A stretch of DNA of 63,893 nucleotides, filler included, from Octopus bimaculoides (GCF_001194135.2; 7 parts of 6 records of this genome joined end to end with filler, not necessarily neighbours in it); one strand, 5' to 3'. Positions 52,342 to 63,893 are shown, counted from the first letter of the whole stretch. Notes: generated from the letters alone by a model not told the origin. Program-made: numbers and translations.

Positions 52342-52390
52342 TAGCTTCACACACAAAAATACATTTATGTCTGAGTCACACTGCAATATC

Positions 52391-52440
52391 AACCCTGATG
52401 GCCATGCTTGACAAAATGTTCGGTCGAAACAGCTGTAGTT
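52391..52440 (+). ncRNA. Degenerate hammerhead motif
   Basis: CTGATGG...GGTC-GAAAC-AGCT-GT-A with palindromic stem III ACAGCTGT. A9 is missing and stem I is imperfect. Confidence 0.4.
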
Positions 52441-52993
52441 CGATCCTTTATTAAAATGAATGTATGTATGTATATATGCATGCATGCAAGTGTGCATATA
52501 TGCATTATGTATATATGTATGTTTGTGGCAGCTCGTTACCTGATGGTTAGTGGTGTACTCACGATAAGTTTCGATTCCTGAACCGAGTAGCCTTGAACAA
52601 ATTACTTCATTTCATGTTCAATTCTATTCATTTGAAATGAAGATCAAACGTGTGCTGGTGTAACCATTTCACTTCTCATTCCGTAACTCGTCCTTCAAGT
52701 TTCACTGAGTAAAAAATGGAGAGAGGGCCGAGAAGGAGTCTACGTCTGCTCCAGACTACACAGGCTCCTAAAACAATTAATGAAAGCGTGGTACATACTT
52801 CCAAATCATACTCGCTTACGACTGAAAAGTATGGTTTTTCTGCATGTATTTACGTATACATACATACATACATACATACATACATACATACATGATTTAG
52901 TTCCGGGATAGTAAGTCGTATTTAGTAGAAATAGGAAAATTGAATAAGGAGACGAACACTTGGGATGTTGCTAAACCATTTATATCTTGAAGT

Positions 52994-53078
52994 CTTCTAC
53001 ATATGTTTCGACGGATGCACTCTAAAAATATCCGACAGGATAAATTATGGTCAGCAATGCCTCAATCTCATCAGGAAG
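52994..53078 (-). ncRNA. Type I hammerhead ribozyme candidate with intact core (GUA site)
   Basis: CTTC-CTGATGA-G...C-GAAAC-ATAT-GT-A-GAAG. Stem I 4 bp, imperfect ~12-position stem II, palindromic stem III ACATATGT. Confidence 0.7.
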
Positions 53079-53276
53079 GATATAAGTAACAAACTCATCA
53101 AAGAGACATGTTAACAGAAATAGAAATCCTATAGAATGTAATGTAATTATATTCATATGCAAACATGCGTACACACTCAAATACGTGACGTGTAAATATA
53201 AACATATACATACAAAAATATACAAACATAGACAAACACATATACATACACATGCATTAATATACATGCACATACA

Positions 53277-53356
<80 letters not shown>

Positions 53357-55545
53357 NNNNNNNNNNNNNNNNNNNNNNNNNNNNNNNNNNNNNNNNNNNN
53401 NNNNNNNNNNNNNNNNNNNNNNNNNNNNNNNNNNNNNNNNNNNNNNNNNNNNNNNNNNNNNNNNNNNNNNNNNNNNNNNNNNNNNNNNNNNNNNNNNNNN
53501 NNNNNNNNNNNNNNNNNNNNNNNNNNNNNNNNNNNNNNNNNNNNNNNNNNNNNNNNNNNNNNNNNNNNNNNNNNNNNNNNNNNNNNNNNNNNNNNNNNNN
53601 NNNNNNNNNNNNNNNNNNNNNNNNNNNNNNNNNNNNNNNNNNNNNNNNNNNNNNNNNNNNNNNNNNNNNNNNNNNNNNNNNNNNNNNNNNNNNNNNNNNN
53701 NNNNNNNNNNNNNNNNNNNNNNATATATATATATATATATATATAAACATATACATAAATATATACATATACATCCACAGTAGCACACATACATATATAT
53801 ATCGAAATACATACATGCTTAGGTAGAACTATACATATGCATTTATATCTACACATATACTCGCACTTATTCTCGCGGCAACGACATAGAAACATGCTAA
53901 CATATACGTTTACGATCACATACTTATACACATAAGCAAACGGTCATATGCATACACATCACAAAACATCGATAGACCCAAACACATAATTGTATACACA
54001 TATACACATACACACACTTACTTCGGCACATATACATTATTGTTCATTCACAAAATACTTACATACGAACAGGGGACGCTAAGAATTTAAATTGACGTAA
54101 TCGAAACTAACTAGATATTGTGAGAGAAGGAGATGTATAGAAAGATGGCGGGGGGGGGGATAAAACAAAGTAAAACAAGAGAGAGAGCGGGGGGAAGGAA
54201 CAGTCAAATTGTAAATATGAAAAAATGCATGAAAAGAAAGGAAAGAAGGGGAAAAGGGGAAAATTATGGGAAGTGAGATGTAAGAAAAAATTAAAGGAAA
54301 TCTGCAGAAATTATTTGAAAGTTATTGGAAGAAATTATTTGAAAGAATAAATTTGGAAGCTCATTCTCACTTTCATATATATNNNNNNNNNNNNNNNNNN
54401 NNNNNNNNNNNNNNNNNNNNNNNNNNNNNNNNNNNNNNNNNNNNNNNNNNNNNNNNNNNNNNNNNNNNNNNNNNNNNNNNNNNNNNNNNNNNNNNNNNNN
54501 NNNNNNNNNNNNNNNNNNNNNNNNNNNNNNNNNNNNNNNNNNNNNNNNNNNNNNNNNNNNNNNNNNNNNNNNNNNNNNNNNNNNNNNNNNNNNNNNNNNN
54601 NNNNNNNNNNNNNNNNNNNNNNNNNNNNNNNNNNNNNNNNNNNNNNNNNNNNNNNNNNNNNNNNNNNNNNNNNNNNNNNNNNNNNNNNNNNNNNNNNNNN
54701 NNNNNNNNNNNNNNNNNNNNNNNNNNNNNNNNNNNNNNNNNNNNNNNNNNNNNNNNNNNNNNNNNNNNNNNNNNNNNNNNNNNNNNNNNNNNNNNNNNNN
54801 NNNNNNNNNNNNNNNNNNNNNNNNNNNNNNNNNNNNNNNNNNNNNNNNNNNNNNNNNNNNNNNNNNNNNNNNNNNNNNNNNNNNNNNNNNNNNNNNNNNN
54901 NNNNNNNNNNNNNNNNNNNNNNNNNNNNNNNNNNNNNNNNNNNNNNNNNNNNNNNNNNNNNNNNNNNNNNNNNNNNNNNNNNNNNNNNNNNNNNNNNNNN
55001 NNNNNNNNNNNNNNNNNNNNNNNNNNNNNNNNNNNNNNNNNNNNNNNNNNNNNNNNNNNNNNNNNNNNNNNNNNNNNNNNNNNNNNNNNNNNNNNNNNNN
55101 NNNNNNNNNNNNNNNNNNNNNNNNNNNNNNNNNNNNNNNNNNNNNNNNNNNNNNNNNNNNNNNNNNNNNNNNNNNNNNNNNAAAAGCCGTTGGAGATTAG
55201 GACGCTACCAGACAGTACGTTGGACAAGAAGGGAAGAAAAGAAGGAAAGAAAAAAAGAAAGAAAATTCAGAGTGTAAAGTTGGGAGATAATAAGATGATT
55301 TAAATCCGATAAAAATTGGAGAGGAATGTTATGTAAATAATGGGAGCGTAAAGGGGAGTTAATCTTGTATTTCTACAAAAAGTGCTGAGATAAATGTGTA
55401 TAATCATTTATACTCATGTATACGCACATATATACACACATACATACTCACACACATACATACATACACTCGTATAAATACATATATACATACCATAGTT
55501 CTCATATTCGGTTAAAATGTCTTACGTTTAAGCTGGTTCCCATGC

Positions 55546-55632
55546 ATTTCCCTGAAGAGAAGATTACATTTTTAACATCACCGATTCCTATGGAATGTAT
55601 AATCTGTAATCTTCGAAACATATGTTGGAAAT
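55546..55632 (+). ncRNA. Type I hammerhead ribozyme candidate with intact core (GUU site)
   Basis: ATTTCC-CTGAAGA-GAAGATTACA(36 nt)TGTAATCTTC-GAAAC-ATAT-GT-T-GGAAAT. Stem I 6 bp and stem II 10 bp, both perfect; palindromic stem III. Confidence 0.8.
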
Positions 55633-55677
55633 AAAAGTATGCAATTAACATATGCGCTTTACTCCATTCACTAAATT

Positions 55678-55729
<52 letters not shown>

Positions 55730-57554
55730 GTACTTGGGGATGGTCATATTGCCAGTTTAGCCAATAAATATATAAACGGAATATATGTATATATATATAC
55801 AAATAAAATATGAGTATATGCATATATATGTACATGTATGTACATACCTTTATCTACATGTATATATAGATGCATATCTGGGTACATGACGTTGTAAAAA
55901 AACATGGACAAAATGATAAACAAGGTACAAAAAACACACAGGCCACATAGAGAACATATCCTTCATCAGCTGCCACCATTATAACACTGGCGTTTCGAAG
56001 AGTTATATATATATAGATAGATAGATAGATCGATAGATAGATATGTACGTATGTATATATATACATATATATACATACATACATACATATNNNNNNNNNN
56101 NNNNNNNNNNNNNNNNNNNNNNNNNNNNNNNNNNNNNNNNNNNNNNNNNNNNNNNNNNNNNNNNNNNNNNNNNNNNNNNNNNNNNNNNNNNNNNNNNNNN
56201 NNNNNNNNNNNNNNNNNNNNNNNNNNNNNNNNNNNNNNNNNNNNNNNNNNNNNNNNNNNNNNNNNNNNNNNNNNNNNNNNNNNNNNNNNNNNNNNNNNNN
56301 NNNNNNNNNNNNNNNNNNNNNNNNNNNNNNNNNNNNNNNNNNNNNNNNNNNNNNNNNNNNNNNNNNNNNNNNNNNNNNNNNNNNNNNNNNNNNNNNNNNN
56401 NNNNNNNNNNNNNNNNNNNNNNNNNNNNNNNNNNNNNNNNNNNNNNNNNNNNNNNNNNNNNNNNNNNNNNNNNNNNNNNNNNNNNNNNNNNNNNNNNNNN
56501 NNNNNNNNNNNNNNNNNNNNNNNNNNNNNNNNNNNNNNNNNNNNNNNNNNNNNNNNNNNNNNNNNNNNNNNNNNNNNNNNNNNNNNNNNNNNNNNNNNNN
56601 NNNNNNNNNNNNNNNNNNNNNNNNNNNNNNNNNNNNNNNNNNNNNNNNNNNNNNNNNNNNNNNNNNNNNNNNNNNNNNNNNNNNNNNNNNNNNNNNNNNN
56701 NNNNNNNNNNNNNNNNNNNNNNNNNNNNNNNNNNNNNNNNNNNNNNNNNNNNNNNNNNNNNNNNNNNNNNNNNNNNNNNNNNNNNNNNNNNNNCGTAGGA
56801 TCTCAGTTTCGATTCCCAGATCGGGCGTTGTGAACGTTTACTGAGCGAAAACACCTAAAGCTCCACGAGGCTTCGGCAGGGGGTGTTGGTGAACCCTGCT
56901 GTACTCTTTCACAGCAACTTTCTCTGACTCTTTCTTCCTGTTTCTCTTGTACCTGTATTTCAAAGGGCCAGCCTTGTAACACTCTGTGTCACGCTGAATC
57001 TCCCCGAGAACTACGTTAAGGGTACACGTGTCTGTGGAGTGCTCAACCACTTGCACGTTATTTTCACAAGCGGGCTGTTCCGTTGATCGGATCAACTGAA
57101 ACTCTCGTCGTCGTAACTGACGGAGCGCCACGACGACGTTGTCGTGTTGACCTAGTTCACAACAATTCTTGCAAACCTGTTGCTAATTAACCTTTGTTAT
57201 GAGAACCGATTCTTATGTTTTTGCTGGACACTAAAGATAGGATCTACTGGGAAAAGATACGCTGTCAATCACTCCACTGATTCAAGTGGCTCCTCCCACT
57301 TGAGCTGAAAACTACAGTTCCTCGGATAGCGACTGATTTTTTCAAGTTTGGATCAGTCTGGATTTCTAGGTGTAGTGGAACTCGCACGAGAGTAATTTGT
57401 TCCTGATATGTATTGACCTGATGATTTACTGCTTAGTACAAGCATACTGAGTTCTAACAACTGGCGATTGCTATCACTATGCCTAAAGGGAATCATTATG
57501 TGTGTGTGTAGATATGTATATGCATATATGTATGTATATCTATCTATGTGTGTA

Positions 57555-57604
<50 letters not shown>

Positions 57605-57756
57605 NNNNNNNNNNNNNNNNNNNNNNNNNNNNNNNNNNNNNNNNNNNNTTAATTAATTAANNNNNNNNNNNNNNNNNNNNNNNNNNNNNNNNNNNNNNNN
57701 NNNNAAACCTGGCAATCTTATATCTTCTTTTCAAGTGAAATTCTTCACTGATATCG

Positions 57757-57799
<43 letters not shown>

Positions 57800-57800
<1 letters not shown>

Positions 57801-57995
57801 ATGTTTGAGTGTCTGTTTGTGTTTGTCCCTCCACCATCGCTTGACAACTGATGTTAGTGTGTTTACATCCCTGGCAAAAGACGCTGATAGGATAAGTGCT
57901 AGGCTTACAAAGAATAAGTCCTGGGGTCTATTTGTACGACTAAATGTGATGCTCCAGCATGGCTGCAGTCAAGTGACTGAAATAAGTAAAAGAAT
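57800..57995 (-). mobile_element. SINE fragment; related copy ~62215-62380 (+)
   Basis: CAGTCA.TTGACTGC.GCCATGCTGGAGCA shared in opposite orientations. Confidence 0.6.
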
Positions 57996-58489
57996 AAAAG
58001 CCTATATATATATCTTAGTTGGGTAGGCCGGTTTATGGCTTACCCCACTATAATAATATTAATTGCTCTACATCTTAGAGTGTGCTTCTCTGGATTTATG
58101 TATTTCTACAAACGATACATACATACATACATACATACATGCATGCATACATATATATGCACACACACACAGATACAAACACTCCTTGCACACAGAAATA
58201 TTTGTCAGTGCATGTGTACCTGTATGTGTTCTATGAATCAAACGAAGCAGGGATGTCTCATTCAACCATACATACTGACTGCTTCTCATCACACATCTGT
58301 TAATCATGTTTACTATTCAACATTAATGCCTTGTAGTGTGTTTATCAAAAAGTAGTCGACAGTGGCAGGACTGGTGAGACTGGATGGATCGACCCTGAAT
58401 ATGCTTTTCTATGCAGGGGGTAAGAAACTGAAAGAGGACACTTTCCCATGCCTTGGGAGTGGCAGAGTAATCCGGAATTTTGTGGGGGG

Positions 58490-58815
58490 TTTGCCCCGGA
58501 TTACTACTTTGTTTCCTGCAACCTTTTTGTTCTTCAGGAAGTAGATTGTTACTTTCCAAATGGTTGTGTAACTCTTCTGTCAAGACACCAATCATAAGCT
58601 TCCACATTAATGGTAAATAGGCTCTAAGTCGAAAATTTGATGCCAAGTTCCCTTTCAAGGGATCCTTGAGGCATAGCAGCGTTTGTCCACTTGTCATCCA
58701 GGCAGAGACGTGACCTTGCTGCGGGCGGTCATCCAGTTGTGCAGCGATCCTTTCATGCAATCCTGTAAAGTTCTTCAGCCAATAGCCTTCTACTCCATCC
58801 AGGCCTGGTCCTTTC
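58490..58815 (-). mobile_element. R4/Dong-like non-LTR retrotransposon RT fragment; probable N-terminal piece at ~60330-60510
   Basis: KGPGLDGVEGYWLKN..LHERIAAQL..WMTSGQT.L.LKD..KG..NFR...LPLMWKL..LLPEEQKGC. The second piece reads AIRTKGWLTGIEIEEVKRKV. Confidence 0.7.
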
Positions 58816-59658
58816 ATCATCATCATCTTTTAACGTCCGCTTTCCATGCTAGCATGGGTTGGACGATTTGACTGAGGACTGGTGAAACCAGATGGCTGCA
58901 CCAGGCTCCAATCTGATTTGGCAGAGTTTCTACAGATGGATGCCCTTCCTAACGTCAACCACTCTGAGAGTGTAGTGGGTGCTTTTACGTGCCACCAGCA
59001 CGAAGGCCAATCAGGCGGTACTGGCAACGGCCACGCTCAAAATGGTGTATTTTACGTGCCACCTGCACAGGAGCCAGTCCAGTGGCACTGGCAACAATCT
59101 CGCACGAATGTCTTTACACGTGCCACCGGCACAAGTGCCATGAAGGCGACGCTAGGCACAGGTGCCATCACAATTTCGCTTTCGCTTGCCCCAACAGGTC
59201 TTCGCAAGCCAAGTTTCGTGTCCAATGAAGGAGACGACATTGGCATGGGTGCCAAAAACTTCTATCTCACTGTATTTAGATTCATTCTGACGTCCTTTTG
59301 TCTTGGTACAGTTGCAAGTTGGCTTTCCACCTTTGTTAGCCGCTTCGCACTGTTTCTATGTCTTGCCGGCCTGTTCCACATCCTTCCCCAAAATTATTTA
59401 CTTTCTTCCGCATCTGGAATCAGTTCTTGGTGTTAATCTCTCACTATTTCCTGAAATAGACGCCTTCTATTTGATTGGAAAAGTCTATTCTGTTCAAAAC
59501 CTTTGCAACCAAGATCATATCTTCTCATATATTTTCAATTATTATTTTCTCTTTATCACAGGTTTTGTTGGAACTCCTGGAGTCTTACATGCATAGCGAG
59601 CTCGCTACCTCCAGCCTATGGCACCATGCTATCCATTCTTTTCAGTTATCTAATACTT

Positions 59659-60200
59659 GTAGTAAAGATTGTTTGCCAACATAACATGGCAGTCCTGGTT
59701 TAGGATGAATGTTGCTGTAATTTAACCCCAGGAGACATTGTTTCCAGCTGGCTATACGACATGATCTGTGTCCTTATATTTTCAAACAAGGGAATCTAGC
59801 ACCCCCACTCAGCTCAAAACAATATCAGTGTATCACGATTTCTGGGTTATTTCCCTTCATTAGCACAGAATAATTGTTCAGCTAGAGGTAGTGCTGCCAA
59901 ATTGCTATTCGAAATATATAGTTTTCAAAGTGACAACTAGTCACTGATCTATAAATTAGAAAATTACTATTTTTAAATCTCAGCAACAATACTTTGGAGT
60001 AAAGATTGTTTGCCAAAAAAAAAAAAATGTAAGGACACAGATCGTGTCATGTAGCCAGCTGGAGACGATGTCTCATGGGGCTAAATTACAGCAACATTCG
60101 TCCTAAACTAGGACTGCCATGTTATGTTGGCAAACAATCTTTACTCCAAAGTACTGTTGCTGAATATCTCACGTTGCGAGATTTAAAAACAGCAATTTTC
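59659..60200. mobile_element. Foldback element with nested inverted repeats (longer version of the 35.7-kb palindrome)
   Basis: Arms ~59661-59776 and ~60030-60145, plus an inner inverted copy at ~59985-60014. Confidence 0.8.
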
Positions 60201-60867
60201 TTATCTACCAGGTTCTCTATTCCAATTTCCTTTATATTCTCCTTGATGCCTTCTGATACTTTGAGCTTGTGTCGATCAGTGTACCTCAGATTGGGGTGTG
60301 CTTGATCCTAGTCTTCTATAATATATTGGCTCAGCATCCTCACTATATCTTGGTGGTCATCATCATATTCTTGTGATTCTCTGTTCTCACTGGGTAATGG
60401 ATCTGTTGTTGAAGTATTATTTGTATTTTCTACTTTCCTTTTTACCTCTTCAATTTCTATGCCTGTTAACCACCCTTTTGTTCTTATTGCTCTTGCAATC
60501 AACCCTTTTGTTCTTTGTTGTTGTTGTTGTTGCCTGAGAGAGCAACGCACGCCATCAAAGTGACGCTGAGGTGAAAATATACAAAGACCGATATACCCAT
60601 TATGACCTTCTGATAAGGGTACACCAGGCACATGCATCTCAGCACAACATGGTGATCTCATATCAAGATAAACAGCACATGACCTTGCAGGTGGGGCCCA
60701 GATTCCGCTCAAAAGGACCTTGAATAAGGGTTGCTTAAGGATGATGAACGAAACACCCATGTTTTCAGGGGTGAATTATTCAAACCTGAAAGAATCACTC
60801 TCAGTGATGTTCCCCCACTATTCCTGCTTGTGGTCAAAGATGCACATATTGTCAGCCACTAAGGGAC

Positions 60868-61500
60868 ATGCTCTGTATCAAATTCTGCCAAAAGCTTGGT
60901 GATACCTGCTCAGAGGCCTACGCAAAGTTTCCAGAAAGTTTTCATCATTCTCGACACACTCAAGGAAATCTTGTGCAACTGAAACCCGAGGGTCTTTTTG
61001 GTCAGCTGAGGGCAGTTTTGGTACAAACTTGGCAGACACGCGTCTCATACCCAAGTCGTCAGTGGTAATGGACTGAACTGAACTGAAACAAATCTGCACA
61101 TCCTCTGATAACTCACAGATGGTGATTCGACGATTTCCCCTCACAGCTGCACACACATCTGCGATGTTTTTCTCAGTTCTGCTGGTTGTGAGTCTCCCAG
61201 AAGGTTTGTCACTATCGATATTTTTCGGCCATCTTGGAAACGTCTGAAACACTCATACACTTGTGTGCAACTCGTGCACCCCTCTCCATACAGTTTTTGA
61301 AACTTTGCATAGGCTTCTGTATAGGTATCGCTATGACAACTTTCTCTGTCATGGGCAATGTGACAATCACACACTACACACTTTCCTTCCAAGCACTGCT
61401 GTAAACAGTGGAAGTGAGCGAGAACGTTAAAACTTAGTGTGCATGCACAGCAGAATTCAAGGTGAATTTTTGCCAAGTGGTTTCACACTGCATGCTTTAG
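60868..61500 (-). mobile_element. mariner transposase 5' fragment with a short inverted duplication
   Basis: Minus strand: DTYTEAYAKFQKLYG...QVYECFRRFQDGR / PSGRLTTSRT...RRITICELS...LGMRRVSAKFVPK. Plus strand 60868-60930 repeats CIKFCQKLGDTCSEAYAKF. Confidence 0.85.
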
Positions 61501-63060
61501 CTTTGTTACTATGGCAACAGTCCGGATACTTATTGATCAAACCTCATACATATATTAAGAGGCACATAAATTCATACATATGCATACACGGATATAAAAA
61601 GAGAACAAGAGAGAGAAAGAGAGAGAGAGAGAGAGACAGGCAGACAGACAGATACACATATACTGTGGAGGCTATTGTACTGTACATATACGCTCACACA
61701 CATATACTTACGCACATACACACATAGTTACGCACATACACTCTGTCACACAAACACTTCATTCATTCTTTTCTTGATCACTCACAGAGGGATAATAAAC
61801 TCGGTCCTCTTTTCTGATTCCATTGTTTTGCAGAAATAGTAAATTACTTTGATTCCACGTTCTTCCTCGTTTTGCGTATCTTTGTTGCCGGCACAATTCC
61901 AACTTGTAATTCCTTCTGTGAGATTCTTAAACAATGGCGGCAAAAATCTTTGTTTCACAAACAACACAGCCGACCATTTTAGCAGATGTTTTGGAACCTG
62001 ATATTCTAATATTGGTAATCACTGAAGCATTCTGTTATTAAAGACATAACTTTATAAAATATCTTCAACTTTCTAGATATACACTGGATGCTTGAGAAAG
62101 TCAGACTAATCCATTTCTTGAGATGGGGGCGTACAGGAAATAAATTTCAATTTATTTCCTGTATCTCTTGAATATTCTTGAAAATATTTTTCAAGGTATT
62201 CTTTTTAAATTTGTTTCAGTCATTTGACTGCGGCCATGCTGGAGCACCGCCTTTAGTCGACCAAATCGACCCCAGCCCAGTACTTATTCTATCAGTGTCT
62301 TTTGACGAACCGCTAAGTTATGGGGATGTAAACACACCAGCATCAGTTGTCAAGCGATGTTTGGTGGGGGGGACAAACACAGGCACACATACATACATAA
62401 ATATATATACATACATATATANNNNNNNNNNNNNNNNNNNNNNNNNNNNNNNNNNNNNNNNNNNNTTAATTAATTAANNNNNNNNNNNNNNNNNNNNNNN
62501 NNNNNNNNNNNNNNNNNNNNNTGGATGGATGGATGGATGCCCAACACATGCGCCTTTCTTTTGTCTCTATCAAATGAGATGACAGTAAGATGTTATCACG
62601 CTGTTAATAAGAATTTATATTACCCGCCAATCAATAACGACTGATTTCCAGGGAGATAACTGGAGATAACAAGCATAGTTTATTGATCTGATAACACTGT
62701 CGAGGCAACGATAGCCTATAACAGTCAGAACATCGCCCGGTGGGTCATTGATAATGATAACGACCTGGTTTTCGTGGGACGAGGGCGCAGTAGCGGTGGT
62801 AGTGGTGATTATGGTGGCTTGTCCATGTTATAAGTATGAATGCTTGTTTTTGCGTGCTTGTGCGTGTGTAGATACACACATATATGTGTGTGTGTATGTG
62901 TGTATGTATATATGTGTATATGTATTATGGTAGTGTGTAGGAGGAGAGGTTCAGCATGTTTTATAGATTCGATTCGATACTATCACTAGTGTTCTGTTCA
63001 ATTGAACTCAATAAAAGATTTATACTGATTATACACATATACGTGTGTGCGTGTGTGTAT

Positions 63061-63095
<35 letters not shown>

Positions 63096-63730
63096 NNNNN
63101 NNNNNNNNNNNNNNNNNNNNNNNNNNNNNNNNNNNNNNNNNNNNNNNNNNNNNNNNTATATATATATGTATATATATAGTGCAGCCTTTTCTTGATTGTT
63201 ATATTATATATGAGTTGGGCGGAGCATTCATGTGTGTGTATTTTAGGTACCGTATAGCCGATTGGTTCAAAAATTCACTTCACTATCACCAAGTGCCGGT
63301 TTCGATCCCACTGCATAACATCTTGAGCAGGTGCTATTTTTATATAGCCTTGGATAGACCCATTCTTTGTCAGTGAAATTGGGTAGACAATCTCTATAGA
63401 AGCCCGTCCGGTGGATTGTACCAGTAATTCACAGATACAGTCTTGTTACTCACTGTGTCACGCTGATTTTTACTTGAGAATTATGTTAAACTATCTTAAA
63501 AGCCGCAAATAGAGCGGCTTTTACGATAGCTCCTGTGGAGGGCTCTTCATTAGACATATTAAACTTTATTAAACTTGAGCAATATTTTTGAAGCAATGAA
63601 CAATTTTCATCAAAGCAATGATATAATTTGTCAACCGAGAAATATAGCAAAGCTGCATGATAAACAACAGTACTACCAGCACATCTGCCATTTTTTCTAT
63701 CGTCTTACCTCCTTTCCTTGAACTTCTCCT

Positions 63731-63766
63731 TGTAACCGACGAAGGACTATGTCCGAAACGTTATGT
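63731..63766 (+). ncRNA. Degenerate minimal hammerhead motif in a pseudo-LTR-like repeat
   Basis: CCGACGA-A-GGAC(TAT)GTCC-GAAACG. U4 changed to C, and stem III/I appears to have lost 2 nt. Confidence 0.45.
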
Positions 63767-63893
63767 ATTCACTCTATAACTTTTTCTTTATAGCTTTGAT
63801 TTAATAATAAATTTGAACGTCCCTTGAACTTTGTTTTTTTTTTTTGTATTTGATCTTGTTTGTATTATTGACTTTCTTTCTCTCTCTCTCTCT

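Noticed and set aside
1-63893. CRISPR arrays, rRNA genes or prokaryotic operons
   Set aside because: No repeat-spacer arrays or rRNA-like sequence; the window is intron-containing animal DNA.

Overview
AT-rich, microsatellite-dense, gapped eukaryotic scaffold. The repeat families (OK-like and other tRNA-derived SINEs, RTE LINE tails with (GAT)n, TA/CA microsatellites) suggest an octopus (coleoid cephalopod) genome; this is inferred from recalled repeat sequences, not from a search. Two genes are well supported. LAMTOR3 (+ strand, 6 coding exons, 25635-37963, 124 aa) lies head-to-head with an intronless 493-aa ORF (- strand, 23707-25188), their start codons about 450 bp apart. That ORF encodes only the C-terminal DZF domain and basic tail of ZFR/Zn72D, and is probably a functional retrogene without zinc fingers. 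One large orphan exon (43659-44156, -) and a tentative chain of small minus-strand exons (15.9-17.9 kb) point to two further genes. The rest is transposon debris: Tc1/mariner, piggyBac-like MITEs, a Helentron/DINE-like element, a Ty3/gypsy gag fragment, a decayed Penelope-like element with nested LTR and SINEs, RTE/CR1/R4 LINE fragments, and several foldback elements. At least seven hammerhead-ribozyme-like motifs occur. Two of them (55546-55632 +, 52994-53078 -) have complete catalytic cores, different but pairing stems and the same palindromic stem III. CpG depletion divides the window into probable methylated gene-body domains and CpG-retaining flanks.
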